From: Octopus vulgaris
Lineage: Eukaryota
Length of the DNA: 64,000 nt
NCBI GenBank assembly: GCA_951406725.2
Contig: OX597823.1
Coordinates: forward strand, 37,510,001 to 37,574,000
Direction of reading: 5' to 3'
Position numbers and translations under genes: made by a program. A model generated the notes under the pieces. The model did not search any database and had not been told where the DNA came from. It saw only the letters and a list, made by a program, of their open reading frames with translations. Shown in pieces: positions 1 to 12,970 of this stretch (position 1 is its first letter; each line of letters begins with the position of its first letter).

Positions 1-3000
1 GAGCGAGTGGTTCCTTGATGGTATCATTTCTTACAAACGCATAAGTCCAGGTAGAAATATCCGGAGGTACTGTAGAAGAAATAGACTGTTCATGAAGAAG
101 CATCAGTAGCAGGTCAGCAAACAATGACCTGAGTCGCATGTGGGGTCTAAGTTCAGTAAGTCAATGGGCACCAACATTTGCCCTGGAAGTGCTAAGGTGG
201 TGCCATAGAGAAGCTGAGTGGAGGAGTAGCCTAAATCTTCCTTGACTGCTGAGCGGCACCCCAGCAGAATGATGGTGAGAAACTCGGACCAACGATGAGG
301 GTCAGGAGCCATGCGAATAATGGCTTTAAGCTGGCTGTGGAATCTTTCCACCATACCATTTGTGGTGGGATGGTAACTTGTGGTGTGGATGTGCTGAACT
401 CCAAGCAATCTCAAAAGCTCACAGAACAGACAAGCTTCAAACTGGCATCTATGATCAGTAGTAATTCTAGAAGGTACTCCGAAGTGAGGTATCCACCCAG
501 AGATGAATGCTCTGGTGACTGTTTCCATGGGAATGTCCACGAGAGGGATGGCTTCAGGCCATCTGGAGAAACGGTTGATACATGTCATTATATAAGTAAA
601 TCTGCAACTGACCGGCTAAGGACCAGCCAGGTTGATGTAAAAGTGATGGAACCTGATGTTCAGTGGCTGGAAGTGTCCAAGAGGTGCTCTCACGTGATGA
701 TGCACCTTTGAACGCTGACATGGTTGGCAGGCACATGACCAAGCAGTAATAGACTGACGCATATTTGGCCAGAAAAAGCAGGCTTTATTGTGGCTGCAAT
801 GCCAGCATGTGACAGTGAATGCAGTGCTTCAATAACAGTGCAACAGGGATTTTCAGGAATGAAAATGTGACCGGGTAGATTGCTCTAAAACTGTAGCATT
901 AGCTGATGTTGACATATCAACAGTAAGTGATAATTTTGCATCTGCAACAGGATTAGTGAGGAAGGATGCTTGAGCAAGATTTGACAGATTCAAAAGCTTG
1001 TTTGGCTGTAGGAGACAGCATTATCTGGGAGTATTTCTTTCGTTGGTCTTTCAAGAGCTGGGTCAAGGGAAGCAACGTCTCCGCACAGTTAAGAATGAAA
1101 TGACAATAATAATTAATTAAACCAATAAAATTTCTGAGCTGTTTTAAGGAAACAGGAGAAGATAAGCATTTGATGGTTTCCACTTTAGAAGGAAGCGTCA
1201 ATGAGATACCCCAAGAATTCCAAATTGGTAGAACTGAATACACACTTAGCCAGATTGATCTTCACATCATAAGAATGTAGGCATTTGAACAGCTGGGTTA
1301 AGTGTCAGAGATGCTGGTCTGGAGTACCACTGGCGATTAGAAGGTCATCGATGTACACGAAGATGAAATCTAACCCACAAACGACCTCATCAATGAACCT
1401 TTGGAACGTGCTGGCCGCATTACAAAGTCCAAATGGCATAGACAAGAATTCAAATGCTCCAAAAGATGTGGGGACAGCTGTCTTTGGAATGTCATTGGGG
1501 TTGACAGGGATTTGTTGGTACGTTTGTACCAAGTCAATTTTAGAAAAGTTATTACAACCGTGCAGGGCAGACGAAAAATCCTACACACTTGGAAAGGGAT
1601 AATGATCTGCGATAGTGACAGAGTTAAGACATCTAAAATCTCCAACTGGTTGAAAATCAGCATGTGTTCGAATTCAACCTGGGTGATCCAGAGTTTCTCT
1701 GGAGACAAATGGTGTGGTCAGGAAAAAAACTGGAGGTCCCTTGGTCGTGATGAAATGTCTTGTGGAATGGGCTGGATTCAACGGATGAAATGACAAATCA
1801 GTAAACTTTGGAAATGAAGTGAATAACTGTTGGGAGGAATCACCAGAAGCACCCACGAAGAAAGAAGGGCTCACAACGGGGACAGAGGAATCCTATCTGG
1901 AGACAGTGAGTGAAGTTGTGTCATCAATGAGTCGGTGTCCTCTAACGTCCACAATGAGAGAAAAGTGGTGTAAGAAATCAGCACCAAGAATGGGATAGGG
2001 CAGGTCCACAATAACGAAGTTCCACTTGAAATCCCTATGGAGTGATAAATCCAAGGTAAGAGAGATTTGTCCATAGGTTTTGATGGCGGAGTGATTCACT
2101 GCGTAGAGAGAGATGTTGGAAAGACCAGGATTGGTGGATGTAAACCTTTGAGGCTAGATACTTAAGCTGGCACCTGTGTCCACCATAAAGGAATTTGAAG
2201 AATTGGCATCTCTGATAAAAAAAAAATGCATGGTAAGGTGAATTGATGAGGAAGAAGACTGACGTGCCCAGTGCCTCCCTGCCTGGTTTCTCTGTGAAGA
2301 GTAAGAGCAGGGCTATGTACTGGTCCTTGAATTTCCAGTGGTTCCAGCAGATTGATAGAGCAGGAAGTGCGCATGCATGCAAGAAGGAGCGGCACCTGGT
2401 CCTCACTGCATAATGAACCCTTGAAGACGAACAGTTCCTGCACATGTGTGAAACCTGACAGGTTTCTCCAATGGCCCGTGAGATTTTGGAGGATTGTGTG
2501 TCGTCTGAAGCAGAAGTAGCACATTCTAGAGAGGAAGATGAAGAAGCAACAATGTTACCGGCGGATGATGGTGCCCCAGAAAATTCCATAATCCTATCTG
2601 CAGAGGTGGCGAGTTATTAAAGGGCTGTAAGTTCCAACATAGGAACTAAAATCAACTGGACATTAGAATGCATCCTCAAGAAAAATAATTGTTTGACAAA
2701 TGCCTGTCCCTCATATGAGCTATCGGACAACTCCCGGATTCGTTTCAAAAACTGGGTGGGGATTCGGTCCCAGTGATACTCATCCTGCAAGAGTGTGCGA
2801 AATTTAGTCTCAACCAAAGGAGAGTTATGCCAGAGAACCTCAGCTTTGAAGGCTTCGTACATCATGTCTGATGGTGTTCCTGTTATCATATCTCGAACTG
2901 AAAATGCGAGGGGAGAAGGAATGCCTATAAGAGCAATGTGGAGTTTGCTCTGGGCCGACTGAACATTAGAAGAAATGAAGAACAATTCCAGTTGTGAAAA

Positions 3001-3130
3001 CCACATCTTAGCATCTCCATGATATTGAGGCAAAGGAAAATGACTGATCTTGGACTTGTCTTGACTCATCTTGGACGATAATAGGAAAATGGAACGCCAC
3101 GAAGAACAAGCTGGTTGAAACAAGTGCTGT
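1..3130 (-). mobile_element. Decayed Ty3/Gypsy LTR retrotransposon (gag-PR-RT-[RNase H deleted]-IN)
   Basis: Gag-like ORF 2617-3123, protease tail PILGADFL, RT motifs MPFGLCNAASTFQRF and YIDD, and integrase RWPEA...TTD...GMVERFH. Many frameshifts. Confidence 0.93.
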
Positions 3131-3429
3131 TAGGAATAGCAGTCAAAACACCCTAGTTGAAAGAAGACACAACGAGCAGGGAACTAGGAATTTTTTTTCC
3201 AGTAGCAGAGGATGAAAATAGGAGAAGTCCTTGTTAATGGATAAAAAACAAAACATGGTTAACACGTGGATAATCTAGGTGGTTGAGAGAAAGAAACTCA
3301 TACCTGGCACATAGGTACTCATAAGAGATGTTATCACAGGAAGAATACTGTAATAAATTTGTCTTTCAAAGACATATGATAAATAGATGGCTATATGTAT
3401 GTGTGACAGTGTATACATGTACAGATGTT

Positions 3430-3475
<46 letters not shown>

Positions 3476-3477
3476 TT

Positions 3478-3771
3478 CGTGGCCAATGCCAGCGCCACCT
3501 TGACTGGCTTCCGTGCCGGTGGCACGTAAAATGCACCGATCTGACCATGGCCATTGCCAGCCTCGCCTGGCACCTGTACAGGTGGCACGTAAAAAGCACC
3601 CACTACACTCACAGAGTGGTTGGCGTTAGGAAGGGCATCCAGCTATAGAAACACTGCCAGATCAGACTGGAGCCTAGTGCAGCCTTCTGGCTTCCCAGAT
3701 CCCCGGTTGAACCATCCAACCCATGCTAGCATGGAGAACGGATGTTAAACGATGATGATGATGATGATGAT
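3478..3771 (+). mobile_element. 3' end of RTE LINE with (GAT)n tail
   Basis: Matches the 3' UTR of the copies at 11710-12770 and 22721-24642, and follows a (TA)n tract. Confidence 0.85.
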
Positions 3772-5584
3772 ATAATCTGCAAGTTTATGCATAAGTATTC
3801 AAGCTGACACACCAACCAAACACTTGAGGCTAAGATACAAAATCATCAAACCCAATTTGTCAACAACGATAATTAAAGTAAGTAGGATGTGAATCACTGA
3901 AGTACACAAAATGAACGAAGTCATAAAGTGAATTTCCACAAATAAGCTTACCACCTACATGATATAATACATACATACTCACACATATACATACAGTACA
4001 GATACACATACACACACTTGTGATAACTAAGAACGTGATTACTCTTAATAGGTTGTTAAGAATTTATTGGATGGTTTCATCTTGACATTGTCTATTAAGG
4101 ACAAGACAGCATAGCTGAGCTGGTCCATCTGTCTCTGCAGCAAATTAAAAGAAATAATAATAATCACACATAATAATTAATCCACTGCATGGCACATCAG
4201 GCAAGTGTTTTCTACTATAGCCTTGGGCTGACCAAATCATTGTTAGTGAATTTGATAAATGAAAACTGAAAGAAGCCTTGTCTTGACATCAGGTCATGGT
4301 TGTAAACAAGTGTTACCATTATATAAGCAATGCTGTTCATTTCCAGTCTTCCTTGGAAAGTACTAAGGGTTGGTGAAAAAAAAGGCATCCAACTGTAGAA
4401 AATCTGCCTTGACAAATTTTGTTTGATTCATGTAAGTATAGAAAAGTGGATGTTAAAAGATGATGATGAGGAGGAGGAACTGAGCTTGCATGACAAATGT
4501 CAGGATACCAAAACTATATCACCCCACCTATGTTGAGGACACATTAATTATACAGGAATGTCTTAATTTTCTTTTTTCTTTTTTTTTATTTTTTGTCACT
4601 CAACATTAACACTTTAAAATCTGTTAGCATTCATTAAATTATGTGCTGCAACACAGGACAACTTGATGGCTTACATTGACAAATTGTTAGTTCTATAAAC
4701 CATGAGCTCCTGCTATAAACTGATTGATACAGTGGAGCAGAATGAATCCACTTCTTCATACATTAAGCAATCATAGTAGATATCAATTAAGCGCTCCTAT
4801 GCAGTCACTCTCATTACTAGAAATAGCAATCATACAAATACCTCTCAAATTACTTTCTTCTATCTTGAAAACAGGAAAACGATGCATTATGTAATGTAGT
4901 CTTACATCCTTAACGCAGGATGATCATGGCTAGAATGCTTTTGAACATAGGTTTGCTCAAACAGAGGTTACATAATAATAACATCGTTAGAGTTGAGAAT
5001 TTATGAGTAATTAAGCATAACTGGATTTACCTGCTGTGATCATTCCACATTCCCCTATTTAAAGTCATAAATAATTAAATAGTTTAGCAGATTACACACA
5101 CACACAGACAAATTTATTGCTATGTATATTTAAACTTTCCAGCCAGGTAGTGAAATTAGTCTGTCTTCCTCATTCTCATTGCAACACTATGTCAAATCCT
5201 TCTAGAGCAGACAATATCATTTTACCCATAAGCAATCAGATCACTCCTTGAAATGTAATGCTTATTTATTCACATTGTTTTGAATTAACCACATATTATG
5301 TTGTGGCTTTGAGATTTTGATGAAGTGTAAAGTGATAGTATTGATTTAGAACAACATTGTACAGTAGGTGCGAAAGGCTGAGTATGGTCAGTTTGAGCAT
5401 AAAACAGATAGAATATTTGAGCCACATAGGACTGATTTATTCAGCATTTTCCATGTTGACATAAGATTATAGAATTTGTTGAATCTTCCTGTCTTGTTAT
5501 GAAATAAGGTATTTCGTTGCTTGTGGTTTTCACATAACAAAACACTGAGTTTCTGATGTAAACACTGTCATTGTTTTTGCTCAC

Positions 5585-5962
5585 ATAATTTCAGGTTCAG
5601 TCCCATTGCATAGTATCTTGGGCAAGTATCTTTTACCATAGCCTCAGTTTGACTAAAGCCTTGTGAGTGGATTTGGAATCTGAAAGAAGCTTGATGTACA
5701 TATGCATGTGTGTGTGTATGTAGACATGTGTTAGTGTCTCCTTATATTGATATTGTGACAGATGTAAACGAGTATCACTGCCATACAGTTGTGTCTTTGC
5801 TTCCAATCTTCTGAGAAGAACATCTGATTAGGGGGAAATATTACCTAACTTGAAAACAGGTGAAGGGTAGCAATAGAAAGAGTATCTAGCCATAGAAAAC
5901 CTACCGCAACAAATTCTGTCTGACCCATGCAAGCATGGAAAAGTGAACATTAAAACATGATA
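5585..5962 (+). mobile_element. Old SINE, family B (GGTTCAGTCCC...CTTGGGCAAGT core)
   Basis: Same core recurs at about 4190-4470, 11480-11690, 13090-13455, 15715-16085 and inverted at about 33300-33690, 54010-54365 and 57640-57760. Confidence 0.7.
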
Positions 5963-6459
5963 GGCTTCTATACAGTTTCCATATACTTAATTTCACAGAT
6001 AAAGCCTAGGTTAGCCCAAGCCTATAATAGAGGACACATATCTAAAATGGCATGCAGTAGGATTGAATGCTAAGCTACATGGTTACAAAGTGAACTTCTT
6101 AAACCCACAACTGTATCTGATATAATTTATATAACCAAAGTAACAAGGAAACCTCTATGTAGTAAGACCTGCTAGAAATATCCCCAAAATTATATCCTAG
6201 TCTTGAAAACGTAAAGGACACATTGGATAATGTATTTTTATGTCCCTCTAGAAAAACAGGATGGTTCAAGTTGGAACAACTTTAGGTAAGCTCAATCTGG
6301 GATGACCAGTGGTTAAGGAATAACAATACTCCCTCATCTGAAATTACTAGATTTAGCAGACAATAGAATCACATTGATAATTAATATAGCCAGCTAAAAT
6401 TACAAATGTTTATTTTATTCCACAATGATGATGACATTTTTGGGTGTGGAGAGCAGAAT

Positions 6460-7005
6460 GTTGATTTTACCTGACATCTTTTCAGAGTTGATAAAATAAG
6501 TACCAGTTGAGCACCAAAATTGATGTAATCAACTGGACTCCCCTCCAAAATTTCAAGCCTTATGCCTATAGTAGCAAGGATTATTATTATTATAATTATT
6601 ATTATTTAAGGGCTGGCGGAATTGTTAGCAGGCCAGGCAAAATACTTAGCAGCATTTCATCCATCATTACCTTCTGAGTTCAAATTCTGCTGTGGTTGAC
6701 TTCACCTTTAATCCTTTCAGGGTCAATAAAATAAGTAGCAGTTGATCACTGGTATCATTCAACTAACCCTCACCACTAAAATTGCTGGCCTTGTGCTAAA
6801 ATTTGAAACCATTTAAGGTGACAAGCTGGTAGAAATATTAGCATGCTGGACAAAATACTTAGCAGCATTTTGTCTTTCTCTGCATTCTGAATTCAAATGC
6901 CACCAAAGTCGACTTTGCCTTTCATCCTTTTGGAGTTGATGATAAGTACCAGTTGAGTACTGAGGTCAATGAAACTGACTTATCCCCCCCCCAGACTTTT
7001 GTGCC
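6460..7005 (+). mobile_element. Three tandem degraded copies of tRNA-type SINE family A
   Basis: Repeated GTTCAAATTC...CTTTCATCCTTT...GATAAAATAAGTACCAGTTGAG blocks, homologous to 50927-51155. Confidence 0.75.
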
Positions 7006-7377
7006 TGTCTTCTCTGAGCACTTTCTACATTGTCCAGTGTACAAGGCACCACTATTCTTGTACTGGCAACAACGAAAAGCTGACATATGGGCTCCCTCCA
7101 AGTGACAAGTGAATTAAGGGATCTTTCTAGTTTTGATACAATGCATGCAGTGAACAAGTAAGGTGGCTGGTTAGCTGAGCAGAGAATTCATAGGGTTCTG
7201 AGGTCTCTTTATTCATCCTCCCTAGAGTTGGTACTGTGAAAAAATGTTCCCAGTCCACTCTGTAAAGTGGTTTGTAAGAGGAAGGACATCCGGCTGTAGA
7301 AACCTAGCCAATTTATACATACGAGCATCAGTGTATAGAGATAGCAGCTCCTTGCTGGAGATGACTCAGACCACGAT

Positions 7378-8460
7378 ATCATCATCATCGTTTAACGTCT
7401 GCCTTCCATGCTGGTAAGAGTTGGACAGTTTGTCAGGAGCCTGCCCCAGACTTCTGTATCTGTTTTGGCAGTGTTTTTATGGCTGGATGCCCTTCATAAC
7501 ACCAACCACCCAGCAGAGTGGACTGAGTGCTTTTTACATGGCATCAGCACTGGCAGGCTCACCAAGTAACTTGCAAGACAAAGATCCTTTGAGAGGGGAG
7601 GTGGCATTGGAGGAAGTGTTCTTGTCAGATGATGAAAGGTTATAAGTGACAGAAACAGGTGTCATGCTGTAGAGGAGGTACATGGTTGAGATAGAGAGAG
7701 AAAGAGAGAATGAGGATGGAAACAGGCACGCTGCTGTAAAGGAGATACATGGTTACCCACCCTGAAGGAAGAGCAGGAGAGAGATGGTGGCAAAGTGCCA
7801 GGCATACTCACAAGGGACAGGGATCAGAATATGAAATGGTCGAGTAAAAGAAGAGATATAGATGGTGGCAAGTGCCAGGGCATACCCTTGAGGTATGGAA
7901 GTCATAATATAAGTGGCAGCACATAACCAAAGAAGCGGGAGTATAGAATGGGGGAGGGGAATGTAGTGGGTGGTGAAAACCTGGGTATATAGAGGGGCTG
8001 GGCTACCGGATAGCAATAATACAGTGAACAGGATTAGGGAGTGAGCGATAAGCAGAGTGCATGAAAGAGGAGAAGTGAGGAAGAGATGTAGTTTGGTTTG
8101 TTGGAGTGTGGTGCGTGAAGTTTTCTTGTTATGTGTGGGAGGAATACACAGTACTTCTAGAACTCAGGTTCGCTGACGTGGGTGGGTTTTCTCCACCAGA
8201 CATCTCAATCCTGAGGCCCAACATCTTGAGATCAGTCCTTACCACTTCATCCCATGTCTTCCTGGGTCTCCCTCTTCCACAGATACCACCCATTTTCAGT
8301 GATCAGCACTTCTTTATATAGTTATCTTCATCCATATTCACCACATGTCCAAACCAATGTAGTCCTCTCTTGCATGCTGCATTTGATTCTTCTTATGCTC
8401 AACTTTTCTCTCAATACATTTGCACTTTTTGTTGTACAAACACATTGATGTTGCATGACC
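7378..8460 (-). mobile_element. Old RTE subfamily, 3' ORF fragment plus long low-complexity 3' UTR
   Basis: RGRPRKTWDEVV-type coding remnant at 8200-8460 and the shared RTE terminal sequence at 7378-7560. Similar layout at 30695-31850 and 20840-21420. Confidence 0.7.
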
Positions 8461-8494
8461 AGTAAAAATGATAATGATACACACACACATGTAT

Positions 8495-9700
8495 ATATAC
8501 ACCCTGAACCATACTTATAGCTTAGAAATGAAATTTAGGATTTAGCAGTTTTCTGCTAATTGATTTTGATAAAACTTTTTCCAGCTGTTTTGCACACTAT
8601 TGTTATGTTTTCATTATTCTGTGTAACTTCCTTTAATTTTTTATTTGAGATTCTTCAGTTTTTGGGTGAACCAGGCTAATAGTATATCTCCTCCCTAAGA
8701 ACAATAGGACGTGGAAGAAGCCTTAACAATGAAGAAAAGTCAGTCATCATCAAGGAAAGTGCTAAAGGCACCTCTTTTTATGTCATTGCGAAGTAGGTCA
8801 TCATGTGGACACAGTTAGATGATTCCTGAAGGACCTTTGCCAAGGAAGAAACAACCTGATTGTGGGATTTCCAAGACTGTAACAGCTAGGGATTTAAGGA
8901 ATATCGGCCACAAGTTACATGGGAAACCTGAACAAACAAGCAAAGCCATTTTCACTGCCTCACATACCAAAAACCGCCAGAAATTGCATCCTCAGGACCA
9001 TGGCTTCCATGCAAGAAACCCTGAAACTGCCTCCTTTAACACCCTGTCATAGGAGTTTGAGGCTTCAATGGGCCCAAAAGTACGACATTAGACATGAGTT
9101 GTATTCTGTTCACTGACAAAACCAGGGCGACCCTTGACGGACCTGACAGTTGGGTCTATTTTGGAGATGAGCATCACCAACATTTACGACAACAGCAACA
9201 GAGTGCAGGAATCATGTGGGCTGGTTATCATTGGGTTTAGACTTGTTGGCCCAGTCAGGAGGTCTGCTGTCACTTCTAAGGAATCTCATATTCATGCATG
9301 ACAATGCTACCTCCCACTCTGCTAGGACCACCCAAACATTACTAGGGTCATATGGCATACAAGATGAAAGGATGACGGTATGGCCAGCAACATCTCCAGA
9401 TCTCAACCCTATTGAAAATTTTTGGTTCATCATTAAACAAGATGTTTATGCCAATGGACGCCAATTTACGTCAAAAGATGTCTTATGGGTGACCATCAAA
9501 GCAGCAGCAGAGGTAGTCAAACCTGCTACTATTACAAAATTGACAGGTTCCATGACTAATAAAGTTTTTGAAGTTATCTATCAAAATGGCACTCATGTGG
9601 CTAAATAATTCATTATGTCAATAAATGTTATAATATTATCATGGTTTTGTTAAATATATACTCAATCTATCCCACTGTGTGTTCAGATAGAGTTTTTATT
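8495..9700 (+). mobile_element. Decayed Tc1-superfamily transposon, DD37E (TRT-like)
   Basis: GRGRSL-type N-terminus near 8705, FTDKTRATLDGPDSW at about 9109-9153, and HDNATSH (Asp 9300) to SPDLNPIEN (Glu 9414) with 37 residues between. Frameshifted, and TIRs were not resolved. Confidence 0.88.
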
Positions 9701-11384
9701 TGCGACCATGTTATTGTGCTCTCTTCAAAAGGTGTCACTTGAGTGAAATATAACTGCTATTTCTAACATGTAGAATGACTACGTAGAAGTCTTCCTTGGT
9801 GACTTGCCTTATCTGTGTATCTTTATTGAGTTTCAAGTTCAATTAAAAAATGTTTAACCTTTTCATTCTAATTAATATTGAAAATAATGAAGAATTTAGT
9901 AAAATTACTTGTTATTTTTGAATGAATTAAAACTATTCACCTCGAATTGGGAGCAGGTAAAACCATTCATCTAAAGTTGAGTTTTTCACTGGAATAATGA
10001 TTGTTTTAACTGGTGAATTTCTTAAATATATTTGTTTATCATAATTTGTGTAAATCAGATACACTGAACACAAATGACCTGTCTAGCTAAGTAGCAACTA
10101 CTACTATGAGATCGTTCTGACTGTAAACTGGTGATGATGATGATGCAGTAAAGTTTGGTATATATAGTGGTATTTATTATACATCGACTGGTCATTGCGG
10201 GTAGTGAATTGGTAGAGTGTCAGATAAAACATTTTGCAATATTTCACTAGGTCAATTCATGATCAGAGTTGTGTAAGTTAAAATAACTGTCTTTAATCCC
10301 TACCAGATTCACACATGTCTGAGTGGACATCATTAATGCTCAGGAGATATGACAAAAGTTTATCTGCAAGAAACACATATATAATGATGGGAGGGGGAAG
10401 GAAAAACAACAACATTCTTATATATTTTACAGAATCAATATATTTTCAAATTGAAAATCAAATCCATTTGAAAGACTCCCAAAGATTAAAAAAAAAAAAA
10501 AACCATCACCAATGTTTAAAAAAAAAATTACATTCAATGAGGTAATCTGGTAATAAAAATTAGAAAATGAAGAAAATAATTTTGATTATATAAAGCCCCA
10601 AAGTGAAATACTGGGTTTTTCAGAAGCATGCAATAAATGAATATGGGGAGAGAAAAAGTACAAACAAAACAACAAAAAAAAAAAAAAAAAAAAAAAAGGC
10701 ATGCAAAGAAAGAGAAGAGAAATATTTCTTTCTTTTACAAGTTATGAGATAATTAGGGATGAAAGCACCGCCAACATTGGAGTCAACAGCAAATAAATTT
10801 ACTTTCCTACACAAATCTCAATTATTTTTTTCTCTGATATATCATCAATTCATTTGTTAAAGACTTATCTGAAAATACAGTATTTTTGGCAATAAAGGTA
10901 TTGTGATTTTATATATAAAATGAGAAGAAAAATATATGTATATATGTTAGTGTTTGTATATATAGTTTTCTGAATTCAAATCAATGTCTGAAGTAGACAG
11001 TTGAAAAGTTTGGCATATAAAGCTGGAAGACATGCCATTAACAATTGTTGGCCCCGATATCAAATAAAAAAAATAAAAACAGAATCCCACATGTTTACTG
11101 CGCTTAACATCATTTTTGTGGGAAAAAGAATAAGCATCTAAATAAAGAGTACAAGAAAAAAAAAAGATAATGGAAAACAGAAGTGTTTCTGTATCGATTA
11201 TCAACTAACTGCATTTCACATAAAATGATCATAAAAGAAACAAACAATTTGGAAGAAAACTCAACATAAATTCTGTATGAAGGATTGTATGTTATGACTT
11301 CTGTGAAGCTTGATGGGTACAATGCAGAATATTACATACCAGACACAATCGGCTCTTAAAAGTCACCCAATATTTTTAACACAG

Positions 11385-11451
<67 letters not shown>

Positions 11452-11709
11452 GTGCGTGTGTGTGTGTGCATCAATCATAGGTGTAGGTGTCGCTGTGTGG
11501 TTTAGAAAATATGTGGTCTTAGTTCAGTCCCATTGCACAGCACTTTTGGCAAGTGTCTTTTACAATAGGTAGGAAATACTACCTTGCTTAGAAACAATGA
11601 AACAATTGACAGTTAGCAACAAGAAGGGCATCCAACCATAGAAAAATTTGTCTAAACAAATCCCATCTGGGATGTTAGATGATGATGATGATGTGCATAT
11701 ATATATATG

Positions 11710-12770
11710 TGTGTGTGTACGTACAGCCATGCTACATGGTAGTGAAACATGGGCTGTGATTGCTGAGGATATGCATAAGCTCGCAAGAAATGAAGCCAGT
11801 ATGCTCCGATGGATGTGTAATGTCAGTGTTCATAATCGACAGAGTGAAATTACCTTGAGAGAAAAGTTGGACCTAAGAAGCATCAGTTGTGGTGTGCAAG
11901 AGAGACGTTTGCGCTGGTATGGTCATGTGACGAGAATGGCTGAAGATAGTTGTGTGCAAAAGTGCCACACCCTAGCAGTTGAGGGAACCTGTGGAAGAGG
12001 TAGACCCAGGAAAACCTGGGACGAGGTGGTGAAGCACGACCTCCGAACTGTAGGTCTCACCAAGGAAATTACTAGAGATCGAGACCTATGGAAGTATGCT
12101 GTGCGTGAGAAGACCCAGCAAGACTAGTGAGACCATAACCCGTGGCCTCTACCTGGTATGTAGCCAGTCGACTTATACATACCTTTCCTTCTTGGGACAC
12201 AGAACTCCACTTGTGAAGACCCGTTGAGGCAAGTGAAAATCAAAATCAAAATCAAACCAAATCAAATCAGATATCAGAAAGCAGAACCAAAATCAAAGTC
12301 GATCAACCTCAATGGAAATTGCAGCTGTGATACTAGTGCCGGTGACAAGTTAGCGAACCATCCGATCGTGGCCGTTGCCAGTGCCGCTCCGACTGGCCTC
12401 CGTGCCGGTGGCACGTAAAAAGCACCATCCGTTCGTGGCCGTTGCCAGCCTCGCCTGGCCCCCGTGCCGGTGGCACGTAAAAGCACCATCTGTTCGTGGC
12501 TGTTGCCAGCCTCGCCTGGCCCCCGTGCCAGTGGCACGTAAAAAGCACCATCCGTCCGTGGCCGTTTGCCAGCTCTGTCTGGCACCTGTGTGAGTGGCAT
12601 GTAAAAAGCACCCACTACACTCACGGAGTGGTTGGCATTAGGAAGGGCATCCAGCCGTAGAAACACTGCCAGATCAGACTGGGCTTGATGCAGCCTTCTG
12701 GCTTCACAGACCCCAGTTGAACCGTCCAACCCATGCTAGCATGGAAAGTGGACGCTAAATGATGATGATG
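11710..12770 (+). mobile_element. 5'-truncated RTE LINE with tandem ~60 bp repeats in the 3' UTR
   Basis: ORF end CVRTAMLHGSETW...RLRWYGHV...GRGRPRKTW is nearly identical to the 23334-24554 ORF. Ends in a (GAT)n tail. Confidence 0.95.
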
Positions 12771-12781
12771 ATATATATATA

Positions 12782-12970
12782 GTTGTTAATCCAAACATGA
12801 AAACACAACAACGCGAGGACGTGGAACAAGTATAGTATTATTGGACGCTCAGGAAAGAAGGAAGATTTAACATTTTGAGTGGAGCTCTTCGTCAGAAACA
12901 TAGGAAAAGGAAAGATCCAAAGAAGGGAAGACGGAGGAAAAAAAATCGCCAACGATACACACGCGGTCAA
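12782..12970 (-). repeat. Penelope-type terminal repeat fragment with a degenerate hammerhead-like motif
   Basis: Minus strand reads CTGACGA-AGAGCTCCACTC-AAAA-TGTTA...TGAGCGTC. Confidence 0.5.

Noticed and set aside
12360-12612. Regularly spaced repeats resembling a CRISPR array
   Set aside because: The intervening sequences are also repeated, the array lies in a LINE 3' UTR, the context is eukaryotic and there are no cas genes.
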